In this document: in pieces, positions 9,097 to 17,433 of the stretch
Layout: each line of letters starts with the position of its first letter
How positions within the stretch are numbered: position 1 is the stretch's first letter
Virus record (IMG/VR): IMGVR_UViG_3300031853_000006
Location: 1 to 64,000 of that record
Source of the DNA: a virus
Taxonomy: Duplodnaviria > Caudoviricetes
DNA: 64,000 nt
Strand: one strand, 5' to 3'
The notes under the pieces: model-generated
Told to the model about the DNA's origin: nothing
Seen by the model: the letters and a program-made list of their open reading frames with translations, nothing else
The model's database searches: none
Position numbers and translations under genes: made by a program

Positions 9097-9756
9097 ATGA
9101 AGAAATGGATACATGCGAATAAAATCGTGGATAACGGTCAGATACAGAAGGGCCTCTTATGGTCACTAGATGGACATACACTTGAGGTTGTAAGCGTTAG
9201 TCCTGATCATAAGACTTGCAAAGTATCTGAAAAGTGGATCAATGAAGATACTTTCGAGGAGATGGATGAAGTCGATACGTACAATATAGCAACAGATGCA
9301 AACGGTCAGGAATACATTTACGCTCCCGAATACAAAGAGTACGCTAATCCGGAAAGCCGAGGAGACGACTACAGCTGGTGGGCACGCAAATACGCAACAG
9401 GAGCAAACAATTATCCGTACACGGAAGTTAATGCGTCATCTAATTATGATAATATGGTCAATGAGGACGGGGAGACGTTCCGTCAGTATCTTGACAGGAC
9501 CAGATGGGAAGGATTTGACCCGTCAGGATTATCAGACGATGAATACTATGAGCTCGAAGATGAATTCTATGGAAACGCTATGAAAGCTCCTATGAGCAAG
9601 GAAGAGTTTGATCAGTGGTGGTTCTCTTTGTCATCTATCGATCAGGAAATTGTAGTTGACATCATGGAGGATTGGGACATCTTCAAAGTAACTGAAGATT
9701 ACACAGACAAGATCGTTGAGGAGTTCGGCAAGCGCAAACAACAGAAGGAGTTATAA
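9097..9756 (+). CDS. MKKWIHA-tagged multi-module protein
   Basis: ATG at 9097 after GGAGG; internal VNASS. Confidence 0.8.
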   Translation: MKKWIHANKIVDNGQIQKGLLWSLDGHTLEVVSVSPDHKTCKVSEKWINEDTFEEMDEVDTYNIATDANGQEYIYAPEYKEYANPESRGDDYSWWARKYATGANNYPYTEVNASSNYDNMVNEDGETFRQYLDRTRWEGFDPSGLSDDEYYELEDEFYGNAMKAPMSKEEFDQWWFSLSSIDQEIVVDIMEDWDIFKVTEDYTDKIVEEFGKRKQQKEL

Positions 9757-9759
9757 GAC

Positions 9760-10092
9760 ATGAAGCGATATATTGAAGCAAACCGCAGAACAAGTGAAGC
9801 GAAGCTAATTTATAGTCAGCTTGGGTTCAGATGCCCTGATCTGAGGTCAATGTCGGGAGTTGGGCTCGATCCAAAAGAAGCACTGATGGATGCAATAGAT
9901 AGCATCGACTTTCCTTACTTAAACCTAGATTGGGAAGACCCGGATTCGTTCACATTCGAAGAACTGCTTGAGAAGATTGAGCACTTCAACGAAAACAAAG
10001 ACGGATACGATTACATCTTCTATTTATCTATTGACGGTAAAGTGTATATCGATTTCGTAGAAGAGGCCGTAAAGAAGGGCAACTGTTTTTAA
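9760..10092 (+). CDS. tagged protein (MKRYIEAN)
   Basis: AAGGAG RBS; motif variant. Confidence 0.75.
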   Translation: MKRYIEANRRTSEAKLIYSQLGFRCPDLRSMSGVGLDPKEALMDAIDSIDFPYLNLDWEDPDSFTFEELLEKIEHFNENKDGYDYIFYLSIDGKVYIDFVEEAVKKGNCF

Positions 10093-10226
10093 GTGAATGT
10101 CAGACATGATTCGTCACTACTTAAGGTGAAGCTACTAGCAAATTGCTAGCTGTTTCACCTTTTATAATTTCATCATTTGTTCCTCTATTAGGAGGATAAT
10201 ATACCTAGAAAGGAGAAGAGTAACTA

Positions 10227-11903
10227 ATGGCGAGATTAGTAAAAACGATTGAAGGCCAGCTGGTTAAGTGTAAAGTAGTAACCCACTTTGAAGACAATAC
10301 TGAATCAGTCAAGGTACTTTCAGTTGGCGATGTAGTCGAAGGCCTTAGATACATTGAGAAGGGCGAAGTTAAAACTGCAACAGGTCGTATCTCTGCAATC
10401 AACACAAAGTGCACTTCGGTTACATACGTAGACATGAATCACCCAGAGGATTATTTTGCCAAAGATGTAAAAGCATCTACAATCGAGATAGACGCTTCTG
10501 CACAGTATGAAGCCAAGCTCGTTAGCGTCGAAGCTATGGAAATAGTAGAAGACGCCGGAGTAGAGAACGTAGATAAGGTAACAGTTAGCACTGTACCCGA
10601 AGTAACTCTCGAAATGTCATATACAGACGGCAGGACGGTACTTCAAGATGTAGTAGTAGGTGACATACTTACTGATATGGTGATAATGACATCACCTGGT
10701 CAGCCGGATATCAAAGGTGATTTCAAAGTAGCAGCATTCATGTACAGCATATATCGTAAGGCAGTTAACATCAACGGAATCTATCTGCAGTCCTTACTTG
10801 ATGGCAAGTGCATACGAGCTACCTTCGAGAACATCGTCAGATTTACAGAAAAGCCTGCAGCTCATGTAACACTCAACAATTCATTCGCAGAACTCGCTGA
10901 AGCACTCGAAGAGTCATCTGAAGTGTATGCATTCATGGAGTCAGACGTGACCATTCCACCTCGAGAGGATGGAAGAATCACAACACTTTCAATTCCTGCA
11001 GGAAAGAAACTTGTGCTAGACTTACAAGGGCACAATATTGAAACACTCGCGTATGCATTCTATGTAGCTGGAGGCGATCTTACACTTCGTGATACTTCCG
11101 GAACCGGGCGTATCATTGGTTCAATCCCGAATAAGGCATATCCGATGGTACAAGTAAATGCAGGCGGTGTATTCACCATGGAAGGCGGTACAATTGATAC
11201 TACAGAAGTACCTTTAGCAGAGGGTGATGCAAATTGGCTGTACGGTGTTGTTTGCTCCGGAAATGGAATATTCAACATGACCGGCGGCCAGCTTATTACG
11301 CAAGACGCTGCAGGCATCTCCATAACTAACGGAACCGCATCAGGTGCAGGAGCTAAGTTCAACATCAAGGGTGACGCAGTAATTACTTCAAAAGACTGCA
11401 CAGCAATATATCTTGCAGATAACAAAGAAGTAAACATCAGCGGGCATGCGGTAATCAACGGAGGTATTCTGTTGAGATTAGGTGATCTTAATATCACCGA
11501 AAATGCAACTGTTAATGGTGCACCTGCAGGAACAGATATCTATCCGTTAGGTAAACTTGCATGCGAGTCAGGGTGCGAAAACCATAACGCAGCTATCTTA
11601 GCCATGACCGGATGTTACGGATCTGAGCTCGGCAACGATCTCAACATTAACATAAGTCAGTTTGCCAAAGTAGCCGGATACATTGATAATGCAATTGATA
11701 TTGCAACATTGAATACCAGATATGATCAGAAAGTCAATGTCACAGTCAACTCGCTATACGTTTCTTACACTAACAAGTTGTGGAACATCTATAATCACGC
11801 ACAACTCGCTAGTATGGCTGCTGCAGAGGGCAAGACCTTGCCTGCAGAACAGTCTACAACTGACCTTACAATCAAAGTCAACGGATCTAAGGTATATCCG
11901 TAA
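10227..11903 (+). CDS. putative virion protein with C-terminal beta-helix-like repeats
   Basis: Gly/Asn-rich repeats (GVFTMEGGTI, GIFNMTGGQL, EVNISGHAVI); preceded by an ACCTT motif. Confidence 0.55.
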   Translation: MARLVKTIEGQLVKCKVVTHFEDNTESVKVLSVGDVVEGLRYIEKGEVKTATGRISAINTKCTSVTYVDMNHPEDYFAKDVKASTIEIDASAQYEAKLVSVEAMEIVEDAGVENVDKVTVSTVPEVTLEMSYTDGRTVLQDVVVGDILTDMVIMTSPGQPDIKGDFKVAAFMYSIYRKAVNINGIYLQSLLDGKCIRATFENIVRFTEKPAAHVTLNNSFAELAEALEESSEVYAFMESDVTIPPREDGRITTLSIPAGKKLVLDLQGHNIETLAYAFYVAGGDLTLRDTSGTGRIIGSIPNKAYPMVQVNAGGVFTMEGGTIDTTEVPLAEGDANWLYGVVCSGNGIFNMTGGQLITQDAAGISITNGTASGAGAKFNIKGDAVITSKDCTAIYLADNKEVNISGHAVINGGILLRLGDLNITENATVNGAPAGTDIYPLGKLACESGCENHNAAILAMTGCYGSELGNDLNINISQFAKVAGYIDNAIDIATLNTRYDQKVNVTVNSLYVSYTNKLWNIYNHAQLASMAAAEGKTLPAEQSTTDLTIKVNGSKVYP

Positions 11904-12172
11904 GAAAGGAGCTACGTCATGGATGAGACCATCGAAGTAACTAACGAGGAGTGGAAAGAGCTCCCGACGCCGCCAGAAGATCCTATCGAAGAGGGGATAG
12001 TTGTTCCTGAAGGATCCGATAAGTGACTATTAACATCGTTAAAGATAGTGCAAGGAAGCAGAACTCCTTGCACTGTTCTTTTGTTGAAGCTGATAATGAA
12101 CTAAGCTCCGCAGTGTAGTAACCTTCAATAATACCGGAGTTTCTAAGACGCTTCAAAAGGAGTGCGCTACTT

Positions 12173-12598
12173 ATGAAAAGATTGATTTATGCGACAGAGG
12201 ATAAGCCGTTAGTAGAACGTGTTCAAGAATTCATTGATAAACGCCCACATAAGCTTTCTGTATTCGAAGAAGGTAATCTGTATATTGAGAAACAGTCTAT
12301 CCAAAGTATGATTCATAACTACATTCGATGGTTCAATCAGAATGTCGATGAGTATGGGAATGGTTTTGAAACCGATTGGGATGACGACGATACTATGACC
12401 ATTCGGTATAAGAATGGTGAGATACGAACAATCAATCCGCAGTGGGATGACGGCGACAAGAAGATCAAGACTGACGGAATTGACTCAATCATACTAGACG
12501 GATCCTGGGGCACAGCATGTGCCGGAAACAATCTTGTAGCAGAAGATTACACAGTATACGAAGATATCCCAGATATCCGAATTGATTTTCTAGAATGA
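12173..12598 (+). CDS. tagged protein (MKRLIYAT)
   Basis: AAGGAG RBS; motif variant. Confidence 0.75.
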   Translation: MKRLIYATEDKPLVERVQEFIDKRPHKLSVFEEGNLYIEKQSIQSMIHNYIRWFNQNVDEYGNGFETDWDDDDTMTIRYKNGEIRTINPQWDDGDKKIKTDGIDSIILDGSWGTACAGNNLVAEDYTVYEDIPDIRIDFLE

Positions 12599-12615
12599 TA
12601 GGAGTGAAGTTGGTC

Positions 12616-12933
12616 ATGAAACGCAATACAAATACAGGGAACTTAATTGCGGACGGACGCATACAGAAGGGACTTAAGTGGAAAGTAGGTTGCCACGAAT
12701 TTACAGTCACAGTTGTCGGATTGGGCAGGAAGAGATGTAAAGTAGTAGAAACTTGGCCAGGATGTGAAAACGGAATATTTGGCAGCTACTTATCTACTTA
12801 CTCAATCCATAAAGACGGCAATAAGCGAGAATTTGTACGTGCATACGACGGATTCAAGCTATATGCAACAGACGCAATCAACTATCCTGAATCAACTGCT
12901 AAATTAGATTATTCAGGTACAATATTAAGTTGA
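12616..12933 (+). CDS. paralog of the N-terminal module of 9097..9756
   Basis: IADGRIQKGLKW...CKVVETW vs IVDNGQIQKGLLW...CKVSEKW; YATDAINYP vs YATGANNYP. Confidence 0.7.
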   Translation: MKRNTNTGNLIADGRIQKGLKWKVGCHEFTVTVVGLGRKRCKVVETWPGCENGIFGSYLSTYSIHKDGNKREFVRAYDGFKLYATDAINYPESTAKLDYSGTILS

Positions 12934-12984
12934 AAAGAGAACAAGCATGAAAAGGGCGAAGAATATTAAAGGAGGTAATTTACC

Positions 12985-13554
12985 TTGAAAAGAGTAATCA
13001 GAGCAAACCGATATCAGGAAAAATCAGATAGGCACATGCAGTACATCGCTTTCGTCGGCGAGAAACTTGCACAGATCGCAAGGACGGATTCTGAAGAAGA
13101 ATTGAATCAATTAGCTAGCGATATTGGTTTCAAATTCAGTCACGCAACATCTAAAGAAGATTTGATGGAGCGTGTTCTGGAGGAACTTGAATGGTACATT
13201 AAAGAGTACAAGGAGCAGCGAGCAAAGAGCAACGCGTTACCGAAGGTCAAGGAAGATCTTATCACCTTCATCGACAGTGCTCTCGGATATGATCTTTACA
13301 AAACTAAGGGAGAGTGGTCAAAAGACGCATACAGGATCGAGCATTCAGATGGATCTGAACCTACTCACAAAGAGATGAATGACATCTGCAAAGCCATTAT
13401 CGAGCCTTTTGACGCTAAGTTTGACGAAGGTTTAGGAGGCTCCTGGACAAGCCACAGCGGCCATATTAGGGGAGTTGATTTCAGGATTGGTTTCAATAGA
13501 GATTATGATCTTGACCCGCAGGGCAAGGAATTCTCTTTGCAACTTCAGTTCTAA
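12985..13554 (+). CDS. tagged protein (MKRVIRAN)
   Basis: TTG start after AGGAGG. Confidence 0.75.
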   Translation: MKRVIRANRYQEKSDRHMQYIAFVGEKLAQIARTDSEEELNQLASDIGFKFSHATSKEDLMERVLEELEWYIKEYKEQRAKSNALPKVKEDLITFIDSALGYDLYKTKGEWSKDAYRIEHSDGSEPTHKEMNDICKAIIEPFDAKFDEGLGGSWTSHSGHIRGVDFRIGFNRDYDLDPQGKEFSLQLQF

Positions 13555-13571
13555 TACAGGAGGGTGAATAA

Positions 13572-13877
13572 ATGAAACGGTGGATACATGCAGCAACAAT
13601 TAAACCTGAATTCCAGAAAGGTGATATTGTAATCAAGGGACGTGCTTCTGGATACCAAGGAACATTCGAGATGACAGGAAACATCAATGAATTCCCTGAT
13701 GACTTGTTGGAGTTTGTAAGGAACATCTACTTAATCGACTTCACTGCAGAAGGTGATCCTATCTATAAAGTAGAATACTTGATGGACGAAGACGATTTAT
13801 TCGAAGAGAATTATCGTAACTTCTTGAATAGAATATTCAAAGTTCTCAAAGACAATGGTTTCGAGATTGTAGATTGA
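13572..13877 (+). CDS. MKRWIHA-tagged protein
   Basis: Shared motif. Confidence 0.8.
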   Translation: MKRWIHAATIKPEFQKGDIVIKGRASGYQGTFEMTGNINEFPDDLLEFVRNIYLIDFTAEGDPIYKVEYLMDEDDLFEENYRNFLNRIFKVLKDNGFEIVD

Positions 13878-13891
13878 GGAGGAGCTACACC

Positions 13892-14377
13892 ATGAAAAGA
13901 TGGATACACGCATCGAGCGCTGAGTATGAACATTTGACGGAAACACGTAAACAGCCGAACGGCGAAGATCGTCTCCGTGCTGAATGGTACACTGAGGAAA
14001 GTTATCCAGATGTAGATCCTGAACAGCTTGCAGCCATTCAGGAGATAGATTGGGGAGACGTAACCGCAGAAGATACAGAAAATCTTCTGTACGATCTTGA
14101 TCTTACAAAGATCAAGAGCATCAGATACTGCAACGCTGAGGAAGAGGAAGTAGTGCACGGAGAAGGATTTGAGGACGGATATGTAGTTACTTTCAAAAAC
14201 GGGAAGACCACTATATTCGCTTGGAGAAATTACCCGAATAATCTCGATCCGCTTACAGAACTCCCGGATGCTTTCGGTAACGCAAAGTACCATAGGAGTA
14301 AGAAAGAAAACGGATTTGCACATGCGATGGCAGATTACAACGAACGAATTGCTGACGAAGCTTACGGAAGGGGATAA
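13892..14377 (+). CDS. MKRWIHA-tagged protein
   Basis: ATG at 13892 after GGAGGAG. Confidence 0.8.
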   Translation: MKRWIHASSAEYEHLTETRKQPNGEDRLRAEWYTEESYPDVDPEQLAAIQEIDWGDVTAEDTENLLYDLDLTKIKSIRYCNAEEEEVVHGEGFEDGYVVTFKNGKTTIFAWRNYPNNLDPLTELPDAFGNAKYHRSKKENGFAHAMADYNERIADEAYGRG

Positions 14378-14400
14378 ATCAAATCAATTTAGCAACACAG

Positions 14401-14437
14401 AAAGAGTCACATACCTGATGGGCATGTGACTCTTTTT
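14401..14437 (+). terminator. rho-independent terminator
   Basis: AAAGAGTCACAT/ATGTGACTCTTT stem plus T-run. Confidence 0.75.
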
Positions 14438-14523
14438 AATTACCTAATGAAATCAAACTTGACTGTAAAATCGTTATGTATGATGTACAGACGAAAAACT
14501 CACCGAAAGGAGAATTTTCAATC

Positions 14524-14766
14524 ATGCAAAGCTTTGAATACGACGAGGAGTTACCGGAGGAGATTAAAGATGTAATCAAGCATTACTGGAAAGTATATAA
14601 TAACCTTTCAAAGAAGCTCGATTCTAAAGCGATCAAAGAAATAGAATTCGAAGAAAGGATCCAGAAACAGGCTACTAATACAACAAAGAAAATACTAGAG
14701 ATAGACAGCACATACACACCTCATAACGTATATAACATGATTATCAAAGGAAGGGACTGGGTGTAA
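14524..14766 (+). CDS. hypothetical protein
   Basis: ATG after AAAGGAG. Confidence 0.6.
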   Translation: MQSFEYDEELPEEIKDVIKHYWKVYNNLSKKLDSKAIKEIEFEERIQKQATNTTKKILEIDSTYTPHNVYNMIIKGRDWV

Positions 14767-14772
14767 AGAACA

Positions 14773-15498
14773 ATGTCTAGGAGATTCAAAACATGGCGAG
14801 ACCCATACGGGGAAGGTTTCTACACCTGCAGGCCTAAAGAAATTGAAATCAATGAAGGGCTCACTGTATTTGTAGGATGTAACGGAGCGGGCAAGTCTAC
14901 TCTGATGTCAAACATCGAAAACTGCTTAAAAGCTGACCACATTCCGGTACTTTCCTTTAACAATCTGAAGGACGGGGGAGGCCATGCAATGAGCAAAGCT
15001 GCCTTCGAGTCGGATTTTACACGTGTGAGTACCCTCATGTCATCTAGCGAAGGCGAGTGCTTAGGAATAAACATTGCAAACATGATTAAATACGCACGTG
15101 AGTTCATAATGCACGGAGAGGTCCAGGAGGACACTCGGCTTGAACGCCTAACTCAAGCACTCAATTCAATTATAAACGACGATTCGACTGAACTTAAGGA
15201 CACTAAACCTTCTAATGAGAGGTGGATCTTGCTAGATGCAGCTGATTCTGGTGCATCAATTGATCGAGTAGTTGCATTGAAGGATGTAGTCGGCTTAATG
15301 ATGAAAGACGCTAAGTCCTTCGGTGTAGAGCTATATGTAATCATTACTGCGAACGAATATGAACTTGCAAACGGCACTGATTGCTTCGACGTACACAACG
15401 GTAAATATATTAGATTCCGAGATTACAACGATTTCAGGAAATTCATCCTGCATTCTAGCGAATTAGTGGATAAGCGGTATGCAAGGGTGAACTCTTGA
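14773..15498 (+). CDS. ABC/AAA-type ATPase
   Basis: Walker A GCNGAGKST, SEGE signature, ILLDAADSG Walker B/D-loop. Confidence 0.8.
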   Translation: MSRRFKTWRDPYGEGFYTCRPKEIEINEGLTVFVGCNGAGKSTLMSNIENCLKADHIPVLSFNNLKDGGGHAMSKAAFESDFTRVSTLMSSSEGECLGINIANMIKYAREFIMHGEVQEDTRLERLTQALNSIINDDSTELKDTKPSNERWILLDAADSGASIDRVVALKDVVGLMMKDAKSFGVELYVIITANEYELANGTDCFDVHNGKYIRFRDYNDFRKFILHSSELVDKRYARVNS

Positions 15499-15571
15499 AA
15501 TGTTCAATCGATGTCAAAATCGTTAATGTAATAGAAGGCATCAATATTAACAATCCGGTGGAGGAAGTTAA

Positions 15572-16051
15572 ATGAAGCTAAAAGTGAAACGTATGATCAA
15601 GAAGGACCGACAAAGTGGTGATTGGTCACTTAACGACCTTGTTACATTCGTCAATGTAGTGAGGCGTGCAAACATCATAACACTGCTAGATAGCAAAGAA
15701 GCAGCTGACATACTGTCAGCAATGTATTCGGATCTACACACGGTATGTGTAAACTTCTTAATTCACGAAGGTGCGGTTGAAACTCATCACTGGGTTAATG
15801 TCACGTCTGATCATCGATTTGTAATCGACTTAACAGGAGACAGATTTAGTTATTCAGACTTTTATGAATACACTAGCAAAGTGACTCCTTGGATATATTC
15901 ACTGCAAGGTGACCTGTATATTAGTTCAAATCATCTGCCCGCATGGGAAGAAGAAATCAGCCCTATCATGACTGATATGGACATTGTGTTCAGGACAACT
16001 TATTTTTCCGGATTAAGGTGCTTATCTATTCCCAAGAAGATATATCTGTAA
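15572..16051 (+). CDS. hypothetical protein
   Basis: GGAGG RBS; ATCGTTA motif upstream. Confidence 0.65.
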   Translation: MKLKVKRMIKKDRQSGDWSLNDLVTFVNVVRRANIITLLDSKEAADILSAMYSDLHTVCVNFLIHEGAVETHHWVNVTSDHRFVIDLTGDRFSYSDFYEYTSKVTPWIYSLQGDLYISSNHLPAWEEEISPIMTDMDIVFRTTYFSGLRCLSIPKKIYL

Positions 16052-16063
16052 GTAACAAATATT

Positions 16064-16121
16064 TGGCCTTTAGCTCAGTTGGTGAGCATAGTCTCCAAGG
16101 GTTCAATTCCCAAAAGGTCAA
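16064..16121 (+). ncRNA. tRNA-like element lacking an anticodon arm
   Basis: TGGCCTT/AAGGTCA acceptor stem, D arm TAGCTCAGTTGGTGAGC, GGGTTCAATTCCC T-arm, only about 10 nt between them. Confidence 0.6.
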
Positions 16122-16124
16122 TCG

Positions 16125-16194
16125 TGACGATCTGCTGATTTTGTAGAAAGGAGGATCTTCTCCTTATGGCAATGCATTCAACAGCAGATCGTCA
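16125..16194. other. structured hairpin between tRNA-like elements
   Basis: 13-bp perfect inverted repeat TGACGATCTGCTG/CAGCAGATCGTCA enclosing an AAGGAG/CTCCTT stem. Confidence 0.6.
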
Positions 16195-16202
16195 ATGAAT
16201 AA

Positions 16203-16277
16203 CGCCCCTTCGCCAAATGGTTAAGGCACGAGTTTTTGGTACTCGTATTTTTGTGGGTTCGAGTCCCACAGGGGCTG
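16203..16277 (+). tRNA. tRNA-Gln(TTG)
   Basis: GCCCCT/AGGGGC acceptor, anticodon stem CGAGT/ACTCG with loop TTTTGGT, GTGGGTTCGAGTCCCAC T-arm. Confidence 0.88.
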
Positions 16278-16531
16278 TTTACTTCCCATTCTTAGCGAGG
16301 TAGGATATGAGAAAAGTTGAATCTGAAGTAATTACTTTCACCCTTAATTGTCCCGCTAACTTAGCCGATCAGGGTTTCCGCCGGCTATACCCAAATGATT
16401 CAATTCCGTCATCACTCAAGGGCAAGCTTACTACAGCTGTGCACGAATATCTTTGACCAGTTGTTAGACGATAGTTACGACATTCAGCATTTTCTTGAGT
16501 CCAAATATTTATAAAAGTTTCCAGAAACGTC

Positions 16532-16560
16532 TTGACAAATTATGGAAAAGGTCTTATAAT
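16532..16560 (+). promoter_or_regulatory. sigma70/sigmaA-type promoter
   Basis: TTGACA-17 nt-TATAAT. Confidence 0.85.
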
Positions 16561-16567
16561 TATAATA

Positions 16568-16718
16568 CGTCAAGACAAAGCCATGCTTCATGAGCTTATT
16601 TAATTTAATAAGTGTACTTACAATAGCTACTTGTTAGCTTTTGTAATATGACGCCACTCTAAGGGCCTGGCCAATTTGTCTTGACGGATCAATCGGTAAG
16701 TTCATGAGTGGCGTTTTT
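16568..16718 (+). ncRNA. structured leader/ncRNA, copy 1
   Basis: P1 16568-16579 pairs with 16675-16686; P2 16651-16659 pairs with 16706-16714; followed by a T-run; two internal hairpins. Confidence 0.65.
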
Positions 16719-16756
16719 CATTTGATATAGCACATTATTTACGGAAGGAGAATAAA

Positions 16757-17416
16757 ATGAAACGCTATCGATATTATATACGCGAATCTAAATATCTAGA
16801 CGAAGAACAGCACAATGTATTGTTAGATGATACTTTGGAGATAGATATCGACATCGGCAGGTATCTGTATAAAATTGCTTCTAGCACTTCTGCAGAATAC
16901 GATAGGTTTCCGGGAGTATTTCAATTTAAGGAAGATGTACTTAAGATTCTTGAAGACGAATATCATTTTGAAGTAATCGAAGACGTATATGACGGAGTGC
17001 TCCAAAAAGGTCACATATCTAATCGGGCAGACAGCGCTTCTCTATACTTTGATACCTATTATGATCTATCTAATGCTACAGAGCCTAAATCTAGATTAGG
17101 GATAGCTTCGTTGAATATACCTGATTCAGGTAAAGTATACTGCTACATACATCTACGCTTTTCTGATCATCTGCACCCTGATCTAGGAGATAAAGAGCAC
17201 AATGCTTATTTAGACAGAAACATAGATAAGTATGCAAATAGAGCAGACGTAACACATGTAATGAAGGAAGAAGTATTTGAATTGCGAGAAGAAGCGCTAA
17301 TGCTTGCTTATAAAGACGCTTTGAGAATTCTAAAAGATGATTTAGATTTTAGAATAACTTCCTGGGTCAAGAAAGCTGAACACTATAAGAAAATTGAAAA
17401 CAAGTTAAACTTGTAA
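16757..17416 (+). CDS. hypothetical protein with S-x-Y...LRFSDH motif; related to 60735..61301
   Basis: Shared F-x-ED-[VI]-x6-Y, S-x-Y and LR[FI]S[DN]H motifs. Confidence 0.7.
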   Translation: MKRYRYYIRESKYLDEEQHNVLLDDTLEIDIDIGRYLYKIASSTSAEYDRFPGVFQFKEDVLKILEDEYHFEVIEDVYDGVLQKGHISNRADSASLYFDTYYDLSNATEPKSRLGIASLNIPDSGKVYCYIHLRFSDHLHPDLGDKEHNAYLDRNIDKYANRADVTHVMKEEVFELREEALMLAYKDALRILKDDLDFRITSWVKKAEHYKKIENKLNL

Positions 17417-17433
17417 GGGACAGGAGGCTTACA

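Noticed and set aside
5197-13912. ATGAAAAGATGGATACA repeats as a CRISPR array or integron attC sites
   Set aside because: They are coding gene starts with irregular spacing, not palindromic, and there is no cas or integrase gene.
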